A stretch of 63,917 nt of DNA, filler included, from Klebsormidium nitens (lineage: Eukaryota; Plantae; Klebsormidiophyceae), in NCBI GenBank assembly GCA_000708835.1. It is 6 parts of 6 records of this genome, joined end to end, with 100 filler letters (N's around TTAATTAATTAA, not from the genome) between each part and the next. Parts side by side here need not be neighbours in the genome. Positions count along the whole stretch, not along the records: positions 60,188 to 63,917 come from DF238551.1; 5 more parts are not named here. One strand, given 5' to 3'. This document shows positions 60,188 through 63,917 of the stretch, piece by piece. Position numbers and translations under genes: made by a program. The stretch's first letter is position 1, and the number at the start of each line of letters is the position of its first letter. The notes beneath the pieces were generated by a model. It searched no databases and was not told the DNA's origin. It saw only the letters and a program-made list of their open reading frames with translations.

Positions 60188-63100
60188 CCAGCGACATCAG
60201 GAGCGTCCCGGCCGCAGTTCCGCCCCTGCCAAATGCTGGAGGCGTGCGAGGGGGCCGCCCCTCCTACGCGGCCAAGCAGGGGGGCGCCGACTTCATGTTC
60301 GACTACGGGCTCGCCTTCAGCTTGCGGCCTGCCGGAGCATTTGCTCGGGGCGGATTTGGCTCGACGTGCATCGGCCGCACCTGTGGAGGAAAGGGGGCGG
60401 TCTACGCCCGGGGGAGCGAACCCTTCATCTGGGAGAGGAAACGAAACCGGGGTGGGGCACTCATCTGCCGAGGTGGAGGAGGGCATTTACTGTGCTTGCG
60501 GTGCGTGGAGGCCGAGTACAAAGCTGGGCGCCCCTTTGTTTCGAGCGCGACCGGGGGCCCTGTCCCCCAGCAGGAGCTGTTCACCAAGTACGAAGTGTTC
60601 CCCAAGACAAAAGAGCTTCGAGAGGTACAGTCAAGGGAGGTGGCAAGCGAGGGCGGCTACCAGTTCTTCGTCCAGAGGAGGGACCTTGCCGCATGCCCAT
60701 ACTGCCGCGAATCTAGAACGGCTGCTCCATTGAAGCGGGGGGTGAAGAGAACGCTCGAGGAGGGGGCGAGTCCACGGGAGCTCGGCATGGCGGCCCTCCT
60801 CTCGGAGCTTACACGAAGCAAGATTCCACCAATTGCGGTTGCTCCCGGCCTCTTTCTTGTGCCCCTGCTCGACGTCTCCAGCGGCCGCCTCCTGGAAGTC
60901 TCTGCAACCGAACGGGGCCTCATTAATGTCCCTCGACTCGTCAAGGTCGACCACACGGGCAACTTTCAATGCCTCTGTGGTCAAAAGGCGTGCCGTGACC
61001 ACGACACGAGGTTCCTGGAGGGGACCCGTTCTATAGGCGGCTGGTGGCAGGGCGGGGAGGCCATCTTCACAACCTTTGACGGAAGCCGTCCGTTCGTTCG
61101 AGAGGTCACAAGCGGCGTGCCTTGGGTGTTGCCCTGGGAACAAGGGGGGTGCGTGGGGGGCGCCCTCCGTGGGGTAGATGCAGAGGCGTGGAAGGGCGGG
61201 CCACAGCTTCGAGTGTTTGTCGTGAGCGATCCTGGAGAGGAGCCCGTGGTTTGCGTGCTCGGAGGAGAGACTGCGCAATGCAGCAATGTCAACTGCGCGG
61301 GGCCGGAGCGGTGCGGGCACCTTTTGAGTGTGCTCTCGAAGCAAGCCTTGCCTCTGATCGAACGTGCAATTGATGGAGGTAGGAGCGAGGCGACTCGGGT
61401 CCTCGCTGAGAGACGCACCGAGAGGGTCGCGTAGCGGGAAGCGGGGGAGAGGAGGCTCTTGGTGTGCAACGACCCCATTTGCCGTCGGCCGGACTCGAAA
61501 GTTGTCTGCACCCACCGAGGAACCCTCGAGCCCTGGGAGTGCTTGTCAGCGGCGGCGCTCGACATGGGGCACAGCCACAAGAAGGTCGACACGATCATGA
61601 GCCGTGGTGGAGCAAGTGTTACGAGCCTTTGCGACCGGTGGGGCGAGGAGGGCGTGCGGCGGCGGGACAAGGCAAAACATTTCTGCGCTCCAAGACCCAT
61701 CGAAGTGCTCTCGCCGTGCGGCCGCCTATGGCAGGTGGAGAGCAGGAAGGGGGCGTTGACGATGGCGGGGGCGCGCTATGAGGTGACCACCTATCGGAGA
61801 GTCTGTCGCATCGCTCCTGGGCGAGAGGCGGCTTGCTGCTCGGTAATGTACGACGGCCAGGTGGGTCTCAACATCCACTATTATTTGCACTCGCAATTCT
61901 CCTTCTTCTCCAATCGGGCCATCGCTCTTCTACTCCTAGCTTCACGGGCCTCTTTGAAACCTTGTGGCCCATTGTTCTCCTGAAGCGCTCTCAGAATTAC
62001 GTTCCACTTGAGATAGTATCGTGCTTTGTATGACGGTCTCGGATCCGGCACCCATGGCAGGCCGGAGAGATCACGTATCCGGTACTTGCGCCGAGCATCC
62101 ATGGTGGTCAAACAACCCAAAACATCATACCGCCTTCCAATACAATCCTCACAAATCGCTGCTTCAGAATAAGGAGAGCCTAATGGCCATCGAAAGCACA
62201 AATCGGTCTGATTACATAACGTGCATTCCTGAATTGGGTACACTTTGATGCAAGGATGTGGGCCTGGCAAAGGCATCTTTGTTGATTGTGGATAGTGGTG
62301 CACTTTTGAACCAACATAAGCGTGTGCATCCTTGCACGTACGTGCAGCATTTGAGAGGTCTTCAAGATCGAGCTTTCCATTTTCACCAATGATGCTTAGC
62401 ACCAACCCAAATTGTGCATTTGCGTTCATGCCGATAATCACCTTTTGCAATAGCCTTTGAATGAAGGAGATCAACTCAAACGCAACAGTGATTAACCTTC
62501 TCAACTGCTACTTGCTTACAGGAGGACGGCATCTTCAATTTTTCCGGGAGCAATCTCTTCTCCCACGGCCTTCTGCTCCGCAACCACTTTGCAGCGGCCC
62601 TGGGGGCAGCCCACAGCCTCAACTTCGAGGCCGGTGACATGGCGACGAGGAGCCTCGAGGGGCCGGACGCTCCTAGGCTTCACGACCGGGTGTTCGACTC
62701 GGCCATGCAAGCCTTCAACGACCTGGCCGCACGCTCGAGGATACAACACGTGTGCTCGCGCGCTGCTTGCGCACATCTCTACACGTTGGAGGTGGAGGCG
62801 GCCGAGGCGGAGGCTCGGGCGGCTGGCAACCCCCTGAGGCCGGAACGAACAGAGGGGCCAAGCTCCGAGTTGGCCACGTATGCCTTTGGGCGGGACAAGG
62901 TGATAACCTTCGACGGAACCTTCTTTGCCAACTCGAGCGCGATGCGTGATTCCGGCACCGAGGCGTCCCTGCACAGCATCTGCGAGCCGGACCCGGGGGC
63001 GCCAAGGGTTGCCGGGGGCTTTACTCCGTTGAGCGTGGGCGGGGTGCGGCCATCTGACATGCCGCTGGAGGGAATCGACTGCCCGTGGAAGTATCGGAAC

Positions 63101-63917
63101 GGCCTCTCGGAGCTTCGACCGGCCGTGCGGGCGCTAACACTTCGCTGGTGCAACTTTCGCAAGGCCCCGGCCCAAGGGAGCAACGCGCCTCTGACACCCG
63201 AGGAGTTCGTAGCCATGCGGGAAGGCCTTCCGGCCAACGTTGCTGCTCTAGTCGACCTCGTGACCGAGTCGGGGGCTTGCGCCGACCCGGCCACGTGTGC
63301 CGTTTGCCAGGGGGTCCCGAGGCGGCCCTGGATGCAGGGATTTTTGAAGGATGGGCCGGTAGGGCCGACCGGCTGGTGCCCGACCCACTTTCAGCCGTAC
63401 GGAGCCCTCCTGCACGCTCTTCTCATTCCCAGGTACTCTTGGGTATTTGGGCACGTGGTCACCTTGAAGCTGCTGAGACACGTCTTGCTGGAGGGGCCGT
63501 TCGACGAGCGTGGGCTGGCGTACCTCTCCGATGACGGCCCCATGCTGGCGGCCGTCCTTCGCCTCCATCCAATTGCCGGCGGACAATACGCCTTTCCAGC
63601 AACGCTGCGGCCGCTTGTCCGGGACATCTACGCCACGAACTTCCTCTGCTTTGAGCCGAGCGCGAACCGGCCGACGGGCCGCTCGTCGCAATCGCCTCTA
63701 GCCGCCCTCCATGATGCAACCGAGCATCTCTGGGTTATCGAAGGCGAGAAGTTAAGGCTTGCGGGTCAGCTAGAAGGGGCGGCTATGGAGTATGCCGAGC
63801 GACGGGGAGCGGCACTGAAGGGGGCTGCCAACTCGCTTCTGTTCGAGCTCGAAGTTCGAGAGCCCCAGTGCTACGAAGAGGGCGGCTTCCTTCGAGCCCC
63901 GTCGGCGACTTACACAG
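60188..63917 (+). mobile_element. KDZ (Kyakuja-Dileera-Zisupton)-type transposon gene, N-terminal cysteine-cluster region, pseudogenised. Exons <60188-61860 and 62522->63917; intron 61861-62521
   Basis: SWIM-like clusters CLCGQKACRDH and CSNVNCAGPERCGH. The splice gives CCSVMYDGQ|EDGIFNFSGSNLFSHGLL (CxC4-like), followed by CSRAAC...VITFDGT and FPATLRPLVRDIY...CYEEGGF. In-frame TAG at 61432-61434 and a frameshift near 63425. The catalytic domain is not in the window. Confidence 0.68.
61881..62429 (-). CDS. Intronless 182-aa ORF with an F-box-like N-terminus and an XPA/Rad14-like zinc finger plus DNA-binding domain, nested antisense in the KDZ-gene intron
   Basis: ATG at 62429 and TAA at 61881. 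Contains C-x2-C-x20-C-x2-C (CTLC...CEDC), LTTMDARRKYRIRD and ARYYLKWNVILRALQENNGPQGFKEAREARSRR. Confidence 0.72.
   Translation of the reverse strand: MNANAQFGLVLSIIGENGKLDLEDLSNAARTCKDAHAYVGSKVHHYPQSTKMPLPGPHPCIKVYPIQECTLCNQTDLCFRWPLGSPYSEAAICEDCIGRRYDVLGCLTTMDARRKYRIRDLSGLPWVPDPRPSYKARYYLKWNVILRALQENNGPQGFKEAREARSRRAMARLEKKENCECK

Noticed and set aside
61379-61434. A small intron that would remove the TAG in the KDZ-type gene
   Set aside because: Candidate donors give a frameshift or a 36-nt intron with no pyrimidine tract. A nonsense mutation is simpler.
1-63917. tRNA and rRNA genes
   Set aside because: I recognised no cloverleaf with A/B boxes and no rRNA-like sequence by eye. tRNAscan-SE or barrnap would be needed to exclude them.
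59000-63917. Copia inserted into, or physically nested with, the KDZ element
   Set aside because: The two are separated by an unsized linker gap (60088-60187), so nesting cannot be supported.

Overview
Eukaryotic, intron-rich green-plant nuclear DNA. GC-rich exons, 0.1-1.1 kb GT-AG introns and plant-type genes suggest a streptophyte alga such as Klebsormidium (inference). The left part (1-26 kb) holds four conserved genes whose exons I could trace by hand: plastid glucose transporter pGlcT (-), an At3g11560-type LETM1-like protein (+), an NT5C/HAD nucleotidase (-) and eIF4A (+). The right part (28-64 kb) is a gapped accessory region. It holds a spliced UL9/origin-binding-protein-like SF2 helicase, a PP2 + ZZ zinc-finger gene, a VIM/ORTHRUS-type SRA gene with no visible PHD or RING and a very long tail, a Crinkler-type P-loop NTPase, a decayed LINE, a decayed Ty1/copia and a decayed KDZ (Kyakuja-Dileera-Zisupton)-type transposon gene. 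The standout is an intact, intronless 182-aa antisense ORF that almost fills the 661-nt intron of the KDZ-type gene. It encodes an F-box-like N-terminus followed by an XPA/Rad14-like C4 zinc finger and DNA-binding domain. All family assignments come from motif recognition and recalled sequences, not database searches. Seven assembly gaps, five with an artificial TTAATTAATTAA linker, limit conclusions about adjacency.
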